From contig JAFGCQ010000004.1 of NCBI GenBank assembly GCA_016932555.1, positions 990 through 64,989 on the forward strand: a stretch of DNA of 64,000 nucleotides, given 5' to 3'. Origin of the DNA: Candidatus Zambryskiibacteriota bacterium. Lineage in GTDB: Bacteria; Patescibacteriota; Minisyncoccia; Phycocordibacterales; WO2-35-19. The translations under genes and the position numbers were made by a program. Shown here piece by piece: positions 20,993 to 31,060 of the stretch (position 1 is the stretch's first letter; each line of letters starts with the position of its first letter). The notes beneath the pieces are model-generated. The model did not search any database. It was not told the origin of the DNA and worked only from the letters and a program-made list of their open reading frames with translations.

Positions 20993-21061
20993 ATATTAAA
21001 AAGTTATAAAGTTTTTAAACTTGCGTAAGACATTTTTTTGCCTTTTACTAATAATATCATA

Positions 21062-21727
21062 ATGTCTTTATTTAAATTAGTAAATAACTGGATAAAGAAA
21101 ACTAGAGAGTTAATTTTTGATATCATTGCGCCCCATAATCAAAATATTCACAAACTTTTACAGCTTCCTCCAGAAACAATGAGAGATCTTCTGCCAAAAT
21201 CGGCAGTTTTTATGAAAGATGTTTTTGTACTCTTTGATTATCAAAACAAATTGGTCAGATTAATCATCAAAGCTATCAAATATAAAAATAACAATAATTT
21301 ACGTAGACGCATTGCTGGTATTTTATATGAAGAAATAATGGTTATGGCTTCTGATACTTCATTATTTGAAAATTCAAAAATTGTCCTTTTGCCTATGCCA
21401 ATGAGTAAATTAGAAAAAAGAAAAAAAAATTTCAATCAATGTGAAGAGCTTTGTAAAGAAATCAAAAAATTAGATAACCAAAATATAGAAATTTCTTTTA
21501 ATACTCTTAAAAAAATCAGAGAAACTAAAAGACAAACCGAGCTTAGCCGTTCTGAAAGAGAAAAAAATGTTAAAAATAGCATGAAAGCTACTCTTCAACA
21601 AGATCAGAGTCGCGTAGTTATCGTCTTAGATGATGTCTACACGACTGGTGCCTCTTTCAAAGAAGCTCGCCGAGCTCTTCTTTCTGCCGGTGCTCAGAGG
21701 ATAATTGGCCTTTTTATCGCCCATTAA
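21062..21727 (+). CDS. comF: ComF-family phosphoribosyltransferase
   Basis: VIVLDDVYTTGASFKEA PRPP motif. ATG at 21062 preferred over the TTG at 21038. Confidence 0.7.
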   Translation: MSLFKLVNNWIKKTRELIFDIIAPHNQNIHKLLQLPPETMRDLLPKSAVFMKDVFVLFDYQNKLVRLIIKAIKYKNNNNLRRRIAGILYEEIMVMASDTSLFENSKIVLLPMPMSKLEKRKKNFNQCEELCKEIKKLDNQNIEISFNTLKKIRETKRQTELSRSEREKNVKNSMKATLQQDQSRVVIVLDDVYTTGASFKEARRALLSAGAQRIIGLFIAH

Positions 21728-22314
21728 TCTCTTTCGTAAATTCCTGTAAGACCACCGGAAGCGATAAGATGATTTCTTATAAATCCTTCGAGTTCATCGT
21801 TATTTGTCTCTACTGGCAAATCAAGTTTAGTATCTAAAGCATAAAATTTAAATAAATAATGATGACTACCCGATGGCGGACATGGCCCGCCATAACCAGA
21901 ATTACCGAAGCTGGTTTGACCTTCTATTGCGCCTTTGGGTACATTGCCTTCGGTTATTTTATTTATATTTGGATCAATATTCCAGACAGTCCAATGCACC
22001 CAAACACCCGATGGGGCATCAGGATCGTCAGCAATAAGAGCCAAACTTTTAGCTTCAGGTGGTATATTTTCAATTTTAAAAGGCGGATTTATATTTTCCC
22101 CATCACAAGTATATTTGGATGGGATTTTACCACCCTCTTCAAAGGCGACGCTGGTTATTTTTAATATTTTCATATCTCCAATATTAATCATATTTTTATT
22201 AGATTCAAAACTAACAATAAAATCTGCTAAAGGTTCTGACCAATATCCTTTAGTAAAAATTAATCCTAATCCTAAAACAATAATTAATAAAAGTATTATT
22301 TGTAATTTACTCAT
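21724..22314 (-). CDS. YbhB/YbcL (PEBP) family protein with signal anchor
   Basis: DDPDAP...HW...GYGGPCPP...HHY motifs. Confidence 0.8.
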   Translation of the reverse strand: MSKLQIILLLIIVLGLGLIFTKGYWSEPLADFIVSFESNKNMINIGDMKILKITSVAFEEGGKIPSKYTCDGENINPPFKIENIPPEAKSLALIADDPDAPSGVWVHWTVWNIDPNINKITEGNVPKGAIEGQTSFGNSGYGGPCPPSGSHHYLFKFYALDTKLDLPVETNNDELEGFIRNHLIASGGLTGIYERD

Positions 22315-22319
22315 AACTC

Positions 22320-22586
22320 TTATTTTGCGATAAAATTCTTAAAATTTTCAACTATTCCCTTTTCAGATTCAAATCTGGTAATCTTAGCTTGTTTAAAATC
22401 ACGCTGCAACCAATTTAAAAATCCTTCAACCGCTTCCTTTTTACCCTCAATTTCCATATAAACTGTATTATCCGGATCATTACGAATAAAACCTTTAATA
22501 TCAAACTTCCCAGCTTTAACTTTAGCCATATAACGTAGGCCTATGCCTTGTACTTCTCCCCAAATTTTTGCATTAATATGAATCAT
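22320..22586 (-). CDS. Acylphosphatase
   Basis: GEVQGIGLRY motif; 88 aa. Confidence 0.8.
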   Translation of the reverse strand: MIHINAKIWGEVQGIGLRYMAKVKAGKFDIKGFIRNDPDNTVYMEIEGKKEAVEGFLNWLQRDFKQAKITRFESEKGIVENFKNFIAK

Positions 22587-22665
22587 TTTTATTGGAAGAG
22601 TTGTCTGATTTTTTAAGCTCTTTTCTTACAATAAATAATTGAAGATTTGAAACAAGCTGTTTAAA

Positions 22666-23202
22666 TTATTTCTTCTTAAATGGGAAGCCGAGAGTTTTGA
22701 GGAATTCTAGAGTGTCAGATTTATTTTTGAGATTAGTGACAATAGTAACGGCAAAGCCGAAAACATCCTTGAGATCTTCGTCGGAGGTTTCGGGGAAAAC
22801 AGTATGCTCTTTGACAGCTAAAGTGTAATTGCCCATTTCATCAACAGCCCCGGAGAAAATACCCCTGAAATCTTTGGTTCGCGGCAAAGCTATATTTAAA
22901 AGACGATCCAAAAAACTCCACATCCTTTCACCCCGAAGAGTTACTTGGACGCCAACAATATCTCCTTCCCTAGTTTTGAAAGAAGCAATTGATTTTTTAG
23001 CACCTTTTTTAATCGGTCTCTGGCCAGTAATTTTAGAGAGTCGATCTATGACCACTTCTAAACGGTTTTTATCTTTCGATGAACCGGTGCCGGAGCTTAT
23101 AACTACTTTTTCAATCTTTGGTGCTTGCATAATATTCTTTAACTTGAATGTATCTTTCAAGTTTTTGTATGATTCTTTTGTTCTATCTTTCATCATTTTC
23201 AT
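22666..23202 (-). CDS. rplE: 50S ribosomal protein L5
   Basis: Family-typical sequence; follows L24. Confidence 0.9.
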   Translation of the reverse strand: MKMMKDRTKESYKNLKDTFKLKNIMQAPKIEKVVISSGTGSSKDKNRLEVVIDRLSKITGQRPIKKGAKKSIASFKTREGDIVGVQVTLRGERMWSFLDRLLNIALPRTKDFRGIFSGAVDEMGNYTLAVKEHTVFPETSDEDLKDVFGFAVTIVTNLKNKSDTLEFLKTLGFPFKKK

Positions 23203-23211
23203 GTCAGCTTT

Positions 23212-23433
23212 TTAATTTTTAATTCTTTTAACATTTGATACATGTATCGGTGCGGCTTGATCAACTATTTTACCTTTTTCGTTACTCTTTTTTCTGCGTT
23301 GATGAACTTTTTTAATATTTATTCCTTCAATTAAAACCATGTCTGATTTAGGAAAGGCGCGTAAAATTATACCAGATTTACCTTTATCCTTACCAGTTAA
23401 TACTTTTACTTTATCTCCTTTTTTTACATGCAT
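23212..23433 (-). CDS. rplX: 50S ribosomal protein L24
   Basis: [19 protein letters not shown] motif. Confidence 0.85.
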   Translation of the reverse strand: MHVKKGDKVKVLTGKDKGKSGIILRAFPKSDMVLIEGINIKKVHQRRKKSNEKGKIVDQAAPIHVSNVKRIKN

Positions 23434-23437
23434 ACTC

Positions 23438-23537
23438 TCGAATATTACGAATAAGATCGAATAATACGAATCCTATTTTTGCTATTAATTTGATTGTTCT
23501 TTATTTGTAGCATTCGATTAAATTTGTGGTTATTCGC
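23438..23537 (-). repeat. 100-nt intergenic element, copy A (between rplN and rplX)
   Basis: 99/100 identical to 33287-33386. Contains four CGAAT motifs about 9-10 nt apart. Confidence 0.9.
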
Positions 23538-23914
23538 TAGATGACTTCTGAAGCTAATGAAATAATGGCCTGATGGCCGGCCTCAGCAATTTCTCGAGGA
23601 ATAGGACCAAAGATTCTTCCTGCTCTTGGAGTAATTTCACCCTTCTTCTTATCTACTACAACTAATGCATTTTCATCAAATCGGATATAAGAACCATCTT
23701 TTCTGCGTAGTGGTGTCTTTTGGCGAATTACCATTCCTAATAGTACTGCTTTTTTCTTTATTTCTTTGCGAGGTTCAGCTTTTTGAACTGAAAATTTAAC
23801 CAGCTCGCCAATTCTAGCATAGCGCTTTTTAGAAGAACCTAATATTTTAAAAACCCGGCCGATTTTAGCACCTGAATTATCTGCTATTTTAACTATAGAA
23901 TTTGGCTGAATCAT
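23537..23914 (-). CDS. rplN: 50S ribosomal protein L14
   Basis: MIQ...ADNSGAK start; full-length match to the family. Confidence 0.9.
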   Translation of the reverse strand: MIQPNSIVKIADNSGAKIGRVFKILGSSKKRYARIGELVKFSVQKAEPRKEIKKKAVLLGMVIRQKTPLRRKDGSYIRFDENALVVVDKKKGEITPRAGRIFGPIPREIAEAGHQAIISLASEVI

Positions 23915-23940
23915 AATTTATGTTTTTACGATTTTACTAT

Positions 23941-24231
23941 TTACTTAATTATTATAAAATGCTTATCTTTTGATATTGGTTTAACTTCCTTGATTTCAAC
24001 TTTATCACCTATTTTCTTAGTATTACCAATATCATGGGTTTTATATTTTTTATTTACTTTGTAATATTTTCTGTATTTTTTATGTTTAACAAATCTTATT
24101 ACTGAAACCGTGCAAGTATCTTTCATTTTGTCTGATACTACAATACCCTTCAAGATTCTCGATCTGATTCCATTTTTCTTCTCTTCTGTTTTTTCTATTT
24201 TTTTATCCATAATTCTTAATTCATTATTCAT
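23941..24231 (-). CDS. rpsQ: 30S ribosomal protein S17 (N-terminal extension)
   Basis: LKGIVVSDKMKDT...V..HKKY core. Confidence 0.85.
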   Translation of the reverse strand: MNNELRIMDKKIEKTEEKKNGIRSRILKGIVVSDKMKDTCTVSVIRFVKHKKYRKYYKVNKKYKTHDIGNTKKIGDKVEIKEVKPISKDKHFIIIK

Positions 24232-24406
24232 TATTTATCTTCGTCAAAATTCTAGCAATTTCTTTTTTCAGATTTTTCTGCCTTTTAACATCCTTACTTT
24301 TACTACCAGCTATACCAAATCTTATATCACGCAAGGCTAGCTTTTTTTCATCAAGCTCTTTTTGTAAATCTTGTGTGATATTTTTTTTTGGTTTTTCTTT
24401 TTTCAT
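24224..24406 (-). CDS. rpmC: 50S ribosomal protein L29
   Basis: 60 aa; helical Lys-rich; positioned between L16 and S17. Confidence 0.8.
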   Translation of the reverse strand: MKKEKPKKNITQDLQKELDEKKLALRDIRFGIAGSKSKDVKRQKNLKKEIARILTKINNE

Positions 24407-24417
24407 AATCGTCTTTT

Positions 24418-24434
24418 ATTCGTATTATTCGATC
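24418..24434 (+). repeat. 17-nt fragment of the CGAAT element, inverted orientation (rplP-rpmC spacer)
   Basis: ATTCGTATTATTCGATC is the exact reverse complement of 23455-23471. Confidence 0.7.
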
Positions 24435-24444
24435 ATATTCACAG

Positions 24445-24864
24445 TTATTGGCGAGTAACTATTTTAGTTTTTACTGGCATTTTACAGCCACCTTTACGCA
24501 AAGATTCTCGGGCAATAATTTCCGAAGTGCTTTCAGCTTCAAAAAGAACTTGACCCGGTAAAATTCTTACTTGGTAACCTTCAATATCTCCTTTACCTTT
24601 ACCCATTTTCACTTCCGCCGGCTTTTTAGTAAAAGGCATATCTGGGAAAATACGGACCCAAACTCGGCCAGTTTTACCAAGATTTCGGCTAATAATTTTT
24701 CTAGCAGCTTCTATTTGATTAGAAGTAACTCGACCGGCAGAAATAGCTTTAAGACCATGTGAACCGAAAGAAATTTCTATCCCGCGAGTAGCTGGGCTTA
24801 TCTTGTTTGGATTTTTGCGCATTATATGCCATTTCCGATATTTAACTTTTTTAGGGAATAACAT
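24445..24864 (-). CDS. rplP: 50S ribosomal protein L16
   Basis: MLFPKKVKYRK start; family-typical sequence. Confidence 0.9.
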   Translation of the reverse strand: MLFPKKVKYRKWHIMRKNPNKISPATRGIEISFGSHGLKAISAGRVTSNQIEAARKIISRNLGKTGRVWVRIFPDMPFTKKPAEVKMGKGKGDIEGYQVRILPGQVLFEAESTSEIIARESLRKGGCKMPVKTKIVTRQ

Positions 24865-24895
24865 GATTTTAGGTTAATTGGTCAATTAAAATAAT

Positions 24896-25558
24896 TTATC
24901 CTTGCTTAGTAAAAATCTCACCCTTATAAATCCAAACCTTGATGCCAACTTTGCCGAGAGGCAATTTTGCTTCATAAAAAGCGTAATCAATGTCTGCCCG
25001 CAAAGTTTGCAAAGGAATTTGCCCAACCTTTTTACTCTCTACTCTAGCCATATTAGATCCTCCTAAGATACCAGAAAGAGTAATTTTCACACCTTTAACA
25101 TCACGGTTAGCAAAAGCTTTATCAATAATTGTTTTCATCACCCTACGAAAAGGCATCCTTTTTTCTAATCCTTCAGCTACCATCTGGGCAGCAATCATTG
25201 CACTAGACTCGGGTGACTTAACTTCTTTAATATCAATTTTTAATTCTTCGTTTAGATTAAATTTTTTGCGTTTTATAAAAACTAATATATCGCTTCTAAG
25301 TTTCTCCAACCCTTCACCATTGCGTCCAATAATAAAGCCGGGTCTAGATGATTCAATAATTATTCTAAAAGTTTTCACGCTTCTTTCTATTTCAATAGAA
25401 TTAACAAAAGATCCTTTCAAGCGTTTATATAAATATTCGTAAATTAAAACATCGCTTTTTAAATTTTCTTTATATTTATCTTTTACATCAAACCAGCGAG
25501 ACTTCCAATCACGAATGATGCCCAATCTATGAGAATATGGATGTACGGTGTGAGTCAT
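24896..25558 (-). CDS. rpsC: 30S ribosomal protein S3
   Basis: KH domain and S3 C-terminal domain sequence. Confidence 0.9.
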   Translation of the reverse strand: MTHTVHPYSHRLGIIRDWKSRWFDVKDKYKENLKSDVLIYEYLYKRLKGSFVNSIEIERSVKTFRIIIESSRPGFIIGRNGEGLEKLRSDILVFIKRKKFNLNEELKIDIKEVKSPESSAMIAAQMVAEGLEKRMPFRRVMKTIIDKAFANRDVKGVKITLSGILGGSNMARVESKKVGQIPLQTLRADIDYAFYEAKLPLGKVGIKVWIYKGEIFTKQG

Positions 25559-25565
25559 AATAATA

Positions 25566-25913
25566 TTAGCTTTTAGTTTTTAATTCATCTGATAAAACAA
25601 GCTTAATTTTTGAGGTTCTTTTTTTGATGGGATGAGCAGCTCCATGAGCTACTGGGCGGCGCCTAAAAAGAGTTTGGCCTTTATTTACAGTGATCGATTT
25701 AATTTTCAAATTATCGGTTTCAATACCAATGTTTTTAGCATTAGCTAGAGCCGAATTTAAAAGCTTTTGCAAGGGGCCAGTGGTTTTTTTGGTAATAAAA
25801 TTTAGTCGATTTCTGGCTTCCTTTACTGACTTGCCTCGAATAGCATCTGCTACTAAACGGACTTTCCGAGGAGATTGGCGATAATTATTAAGCTGTGCTG
25901 CAACTTCAACCAT
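25566..25913 (-). CDS. rplV: 50S ribosomal protein L22
   Basis: SPRKVRLVADAIRGK motif. Confidence 0.9.
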   Translation of the reverse strand: MVEVAAQLNNYRQSPRKVRLVADAIRGKSVKEARNRLNFITKKTTGPLQKLLNSALANAKNIGIETDNLKIKSITVNKGQTLFRRRPVAHGAAHPIKKRTSKIKLVLSDELKTKS

Positions 25914-25918
25914 ATTTT

Positions 25919-26266
25919 TTATTTACCGCTAGTGTTTTCTGCAGCAGTTTTAGCAGCTTTAGCTTGATTTATTTCTTCTTCTTTCTTTTTAGCTTCAAGT
26001 TCTTTTTGCATCTTACCACCATGTTTGATGAATTTGCGGGTGGGAGAAAATTCGCCCAAGCGGTGTCCGACCATATCTTCACTGACTAAAACTTCGATGT
26101 GATCTTTCCCATTATGAACTCCAAAAGTAAAACCGACCATTTCTGGAGAAATTACACAAGATCTAGACCATGTTTTAATAACCTCGGTATCTTCCGGTTT
26201 TTTCCCTTCAATTTTTTTAAGAACCCTTACATCTACGTAAGGTCCTTTTTTTAGCGATCGAGACAT
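25919..26266 (-). CDS. rpsS: 30S ribosomal protein S19 (Lys/Glu-rich C-terminal extension)
   Basis: [11 protein letters not shown] start at the internal ATG (ORF track extends to 26332). Confidence 0.9.
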   Translation of the reverse strand: MSRSLKKGPYVDVRVLKKIEGKKPEDTEVIKTWSRSCVISPEMVGFTFGVHNGKDHIEVLVSEDMVGHRLGEFSPTRKFIKHGGKMQKELEAKKKEEEINQAKAAKTAAENTSGK

Positions 26267-26343
26267 TTTTTCAATATTAAACCCGCCTGGCGGGAATAGG
26301 TTATATACTAACAAATTAGGCCTCAAAGTCAATCCTTTTCTTA

Positions 26344-28023
26344 CTACATCTTATCAGGAACTTTGATAGCAAGGAGATTGAGACCAAATTTTAGAATGTT
26401 ATGAGTAGCTCGAGTGAGAGCGATTTTATAAGGCGAAGATAGGTCTTTTTCGTTTACTATCCTTTCTTTACCGTAAAAACTGTTAAAAGCTCCTGCTAAT
26501 TCGGTGAGATAAGTCACAATGTAATGTGGCGCATACTCCTCACCCGCCCTTTTGACTACTTCTGGAAATCGATAAATATATCTCTCAAGTTCAGTAATCT
26601 CAAAATCTTCCGGCCTTTTAGTTTTGGAATTTAAGAATTTGAATATTGTTTTGAAATTTGGATTTTGAAATTTGGATTTTTCAAGCACGGAGTTGGCTCG
26701 AACCGCTGTGTATTGTAAATACGGCCCTGAATCACCTTCAAAAGAAATGGATTTGTCAAAATCAAAAATAATGTCCCCGCCAATGGCTTGTTTCAGTATT
26801 GAATATTTAATAGCGCCAATTGCCACTATTTCGGAAATTTGCTTCTTTTCTTCTGGAGAAAGCTCTCTGTCCTTTAATTTTTCTTCCACTTTCATCTTTA
26901 TTTGATTAATTAAACTTTCAGCCATAATCACTTCTCCTGTCCTCGAAGACATCTTGCCGCCAGGTAAGCGCAACATACCGTGAGAGAGATGTAGCAGCTT
27001 GCCTTTAAGCTCAGGGAAAACTTCACCAATTGCTACCTCAACAACATCAAAAAAAGAATCTTGTTCATTGGCAGTAATGGTGATTGATTTATCATATATG
27101 TATTTCTCCTTTTTGAGCTTAGCGAGCCCTATTTCTTTAGCTTCGTAAGTGGGAATACCATCTGTATTTACAAAAACTCGAGTATGGGTCTTGGGCTTGA
27201 AATTTTCGCCGCGAAAAATTACCGCTCCATTCGATTTTTCAAATATTTTTTTTACCCCGTCATCTACATTAGCAGATTCTTCGGGGGACATGTTTTTTTC
27301 TACAATTTTTTTGCCCACTTGCCCAGCCTCACTTTCATAAAAATGAAAATCAAATTTACTACCTAACTGCTCATAAATTTTTTCAAAAGAATTCAGAGAG
27401 AACTTTTTACCCTCTTCATATAATTTATTTATTTTCGGATCAGATTTTTCGTAAATTTTTTTATTTATTTCTTTTATTTCCTCTTTATGATTCTCGTAAT
27501 TTATGCCGCCATAAACATAAGCTCCGCTCCAATCCAGCTCTGGTTTTTGAATTTTGCCCCAAATAGTCTTGGCCACATGAAGTCCCATGTCGCCGTGATA
27601 ACTTACTGGTATAGTTTTTGCTCCACTGACCTCTAAAATGCGTGTTATTGATTCACCAATAGCATTGTTCATTAAATGGCCGATATGAAATTCTTTGAAC
27701 GGATTAGGTGCTGTGTGGTCAATTAAAATTTTTCCTTTGCCCGATGTAGCTTTAGCGAATTTAGGTCCTTCTTTATTTATTTCGTTAACAGAGTCAGTAA
27801 AAAATTCTTTAGACAAATAAAAATTTATAAAGCCACCGACCCATTTCACTTTCTCTATTTCCGGAATTTTATGGTAAGAGAGCGGTTTACCGATTTCCTC
27901 AGCTTTATCTCCTGCAAAAAATGAAAAATCGCCATTTTGTAAATCCTTGGGATGCATTAGGATGATCTCTTCCATTTTAAGTTCTTTTTTAATCCAATCC
28001 TTTATCTTTTTTTGAATTTCCAT
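26344..28023 (-). CDS. argS: Arginyl-tRNA synthetase
   Basis: Class I HIGH motif (FHIGHLMN); DALR-type C-terminal domain ending ...PDKM. Confidence 0.85.
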   Translation of the reverse strand: MEIQKKIKDWIKKELKMEEIILMHPKDLQNGDFSFFAGDKAEEIGKPLSYHKIPEIEKVKWVGGFINFYLSKEFFTDSVNEINKEGPKFAKATSGKGKILIDHTAPNPFKEFHIGHLMNNAIGESITRILEVSGAKTIPVSYHGDMGLHVAKTIWGKIQKPELDWSGAYVYGGINYENHKEEIKEINKKIYEKSDPKINKLYEEGKKFSLNSFEKIYEQLGSKFDFHFYESEAGQVGKKIVEKNMSPEESANVDDGVKKIFEKSNGAVIFRGENFKPKTHTRVFVNTDGIPTYEAKEIGLAKLKKEKYIYDKSITITANEQDSFFDVVEVAIGEVFPELKGKLLHLSHGMLRLPGGKMSSRTGEVIMAESLINQIKMKVEEKLKDRELSPEEKKQISEIVAIGAIKYSILKQAIGGDIIFDFDKSISFEGDSGPYLQYTAVRANSVLEKSKFQNPNFKTIFKFLNSKTKRPEDFEITELERYIYRFPEVVKRAGEEYAPHYIVTYLTELAGAFNSFYGKERIVNEKDLSSPYKIALTRATHNILKFGLNLLAIKVPDKM

Positions 28024-28145
28024 ACTTTTATATTACCAATTTTTGATTCTAAAATCTTGTCTCATTATAGTTGACTAATTGTTATTAATATGGAGAATAC
28101 TATACGGAATAGATATTTGAAATAGGATATTTGAAAGGAGAAAAA

Positions 28146-29099
28146 ATGACAATAATCAAATATAAACCTTATCAAGAAAGATTGCTGGATTGGCAATATC
28201 AAAATTTGCTTAGATTTATTCGATGTTCATCTGAAACTTATCTTGCTAAAAATCCATATCAGGATAGAGGTCGTTGGACAAATTTAGAAACACCAAGAAT
28301 GGTTTTTAAATTTGAAAACGGTTTTCCTATAATTACTGAAAGAAAAATTTCTTTCTGGAAAACTGCCATTACAGAAATTATTCTTTTTTTAAACGGCGCC
28401 CGCAAATTTGAGGATATGTTAAAAGCCGGGTGCGGTTGGTGGGCTGAATGGACCTCATTGGAAAAATGTAAAGATTTGGGTCTTCAAGTTGGAGATTTGG
28501 GTCCGGGATCATATGGTCCAATTCTTCATAATTTACCAAATTTCGTATGGGATCAGCAACCATATGGTTGTTCAAGTTATAAAAATCAACCTTTCAATCA
28601 AATAGAACATCTGATTCAATCTCTCAAAGATGGGCCTGGACTTAATACCCATGTGATATCTACTTGGTATCCGCCGTTTGATATGCAACACAGCAAATTA
28701 CAGCGCCAAGTTTCGGTAGCGCCCTGCCATGGCACCAAAATGCAATTTACAGTAATCAATGGCAAAAAGCTTGTCTATACCATGACTCAGCGCTCTGGTG
28801 ATGTGCCGGTTGGTGTTGTCTCAAATATCATTCAGCATGCAGCACTTTGTATTATGGTAGCTCATGTCTGTAGATACGAGCCTTACAAATACATTCATGT
28901 CGTTGATGACGCTCAGATATACGAAAATCAAATAGAAAAAGTTGATGAGCTTTTAGACAGAATACCCTTTCGTTTACCCACTCTTCAACTCACCAAAGAG
29001 GGCCAAGAAATCAAAAATATTTTTGATTTCAAGGCCGATCACTTTGAACTTTCTGATTATGAATGTCATCCAGCTATGAAAATTCCAACTACACTTTAG
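28146..29099 (+). CDS. thyA: Thymidylate synthase family protein (divergent ThyA-like)
   Basis: VAPCH catalytic Cys, QRSGD, SNI motifs. AGGAG SD before the ATG at 28146 (ORF track TTG at 28131). Confidence 0.7.
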   Translation: MTIIKYKPYQERLLDWQYQNLLRFIRCSSETYLAKNPYQDRGRWTNLETPRMVFKFENGFPIITERKISFWKTAITEIILFLNGARKFEDMLKAGCGWWAEWTSLEKCKDLGLQVGDLGPGSYGPILHNLPNFVWDQQPYGCSSYKNQPFNQIEHLIQSLKDGPGLNTHVISTWYPPFDMQHSKLQRQVSVAPCHGTKMQFTVINGKKLVYTMTQRSGDVPVGVVSNIIQHAALCIMVAHVCRYEPYKYIHVVDDAQIYENQIEKVDELLDRIPFRLPTLQLTKEGQEIKNIFDFKADHFELSDYECHPAMKIPTTL

Positions 29100-29110
29100 A
29101 AAGGAAAGAT

Positions 29111-29692
29111 ATGTTATTGGGAAAAACTATCTCAATTATCTTTACCGCTCCCGTTTATGCTAAAAATAATCGTCTGATTATTGGCAATGGTAAATTTATT
29201 CCTTGGTTAGGTAAAGTTTCTTCAGATTTAAAGAGATTTAAAAAACTTACCTTAAATCAAACTGTGATTATGGGACGCAAAACCTGGGACTCTTTGGAAC
29301 ACAAACCTTTGCCAGATAGACAAAACATAATTCTTAGCAGAAACCCAGATATAATCTTCGAACCAAGCGATATTCCACTCAAAGATTGGACTTTTCTAGA
29401 AATAGGAGTGACCAAATCTTTTGAAAGTGCTATTTTAATGGCAAAATCTCAAACAGTATGGATAATAGGCGGTGCTGAAATTTACAAATTAGCTTTGCCT
29501 TATGTTGATTATATTCACAGAACTCTTATTTCTGGAAGATTTGATGGAGACATCTTCTTTCCAGAATATAACCTAAATGAATGGAGAAAAGATAAAGAAA
29601 AATCTATCTTTTTAAAAGCCAAAGAATTAGAAAATACGATGGATGAATATGATTCTTTTTATGAAGTTTTTGAAAGAAAGGAGGTGATATGA
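29111..29692 (+). CDS. folA: Dihydrofolate reductase
   Basis: IPW...DLKRFKKLT...VIMGRKTWDS...IIGG motifs. Internal ATG with AGGAAAG upstream. Confidence 0.8.
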   Translation: MLLGKTISIIFTAPVYAKNNRLIIGNGKFIPWLGKVSSDLKRFKKLTLNQTVIMGRKTWDSLEHKPLPDRQNIILSRNPDIIFEPSDIPLKDWTFLEIGVTKSFESAILMAKSQTVWIIGGAEIYKLALPYVDYIHRTLISGRFDGDIFFPEYNLNEWRKDKEKSIFLKAKELENTMDEYDSFYEVFERKEVI

Positions 29693-30174
29693 CAGAAAAA
29701 AAAATAATGGAAATGATTCATGCCAGAGTCGATGCCCAGCGTAAAAAAATGGAAGAATGCATTCGTCTTGGTATATGTCCACTTTGTTGGGAAAATTTAG
29801 CAAAATGGCATAATGCTCCAATATTAAGATATGGAGATTTTTGGGCCATTACAGCTAATGATCATCCTTATGAAGGTACGAAAATTCATCTCTTGGCGAT
29901 TTATAAGCATCATATAAATTCAATTGACCAAGTAGAAGTAGCTGCAGAGAATGAACTTTTCAGACTTTTTTCTCTGTTCTGTAAAAAAAATAAAATTGTT
30001 GGTGCTTCGATATTAATGCGTACAGGTGAAATGAACTACACTGGAGCAACTTTGGCACATCTTCATGCCCATTTTATTTCTGGGGTTTCTAGAGAAGAAG
30101 TAGAGAAATTTTCAGAAATCAAATATCCAAATTCATTTATCATATCGGTTCTTGGTTACAAGATTCCGAAATGA
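29689..30174 (+). CDS. HIT-family (histidine triad) protein
   Basis: HLHAHFI triad; ATGA overlap with the folA stop. Confidence 0.7.
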   Translation: MTEKKIMEMIHARVDAQRKKMEECIRLGICPLCWENLAKWHNAPILRYGDFWAITANDHPYEGTKIHLLAIYKHHINSIDQVEVAAENELFRLFSLFCKKNKIVGASILMRTGEMNYTGATLAHLHAHFISGVSREEVEKFSEIKYPNSFIISVLGYKIPK

Positions 30175-30180
30175 AAATTA

Positions 30181-30220
30181 CCCCGCACTTTTTATAAAAG
30201 TGCGGGGCTTTTTATTTTTT
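30181..30220 (+). terminator. Terminator between convergent genes
   Basis: 12-bp stem CCCCGCACTTTT/AAAAGTGCGGGG followed by CTTTTTATTTTTT. Confidence 0.7.
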
Positions 30221-31060
30221 CACTTTTAATATTTTGACTTCAGCAGCTTTTAAAGTCTCGAAGCCTTTAAGCACACTGTAGCCCTGATTAAAGATTAATC
30301 TTTTGATTTGGCATTTAGCTAACATACGAGCACAATCAGCACAAGGAAAATCTGTGACGTAAACTGTTGCACCCTTAAGAGAAATACCCTCGCGAGCACA
30401 GGTTGCAATGATTCCTTTTTCGGCGTGAAGTGATAGATAAATTTCAGATCCAGCTATATCGCCTGCATCAAAATTTATCCGCGGATCACTAAAAATTGCG
30501 GTTTCGTATTCGTTTGGATAATGCTTATTGTAGGCACAGGCAATCATCTTCCCGTCACGAAAAGCCAGAGCTCCAATTTGTCGCCACCAATCTGGTGATT
30601 TTTTACCGAGGTTAAAAGCTGCTATCATACGAAGAGTGTCGATTTCTTCGTAAGTTATCTCCATATCCGGCATAATTGGTTCTTGCCTTTTGACTGCAGT
30701 CATATCCCACCTAGCCCAGATCGGCTCAAATTTCACCTCACAATCACAATTTTTGAGATATTTCTCGGCAAAAACATGAGAAATATCCTCATCCGGCATT
30801 AAACAATCCTCTTCTATAGATATAGAATCTTCCAGAAAAAAAATTTTGACGGAGTTTTTTATAGACGGATTTCTTTTAAGACCGGAAATTATAGTGTAGA
30901 CATCAACTGCAGGCAAAGCGCAGATATTCCTTTTTAATCTGGGAATAAGAGCTTCTGCCAAATCTTGAGATATAAGATGCAAGTGAAAGGGCTCGTGGTC
31001 CTTAAGCCAAAGAAGATATTGCCGATTTATAACCGGCATATAGGCAATGAGATTATTCAT
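30212..31060 (-). CDS. Fusion protein: unknown N-terminal domain (about 130 aa) plus dCMP/cytidine deaminase domain
   Basis: HAE...PCADCA zinc-binding deaminase motifs in the C-terminal half. Confidence 0.7.
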   Translation of the reverse strand: MNNLIAYMPVINRQYLLWLKDHEPFHLHLISQDLAEALIPRLKRNICALPAVDVYTIISGLKRNPSIKNSVKIFFLEDSISIEEDCLMPDEDISHVFAEKYLKNCDCEVKFEPIWARWDMTAVKRQEPIMPDMEITYEEIDTLRMIAAFNLGKKSPDWWRQIGALAFRDGKMIACAYNKHYPNEYETAIFSDPRINFDAGDIAGSEIYLSLHAEKGIIATCAREGISLKGATVYVTDFPCADCARMLAKCQIKRLIFNQGYSVLKGFETLKAAEVKILKVKK

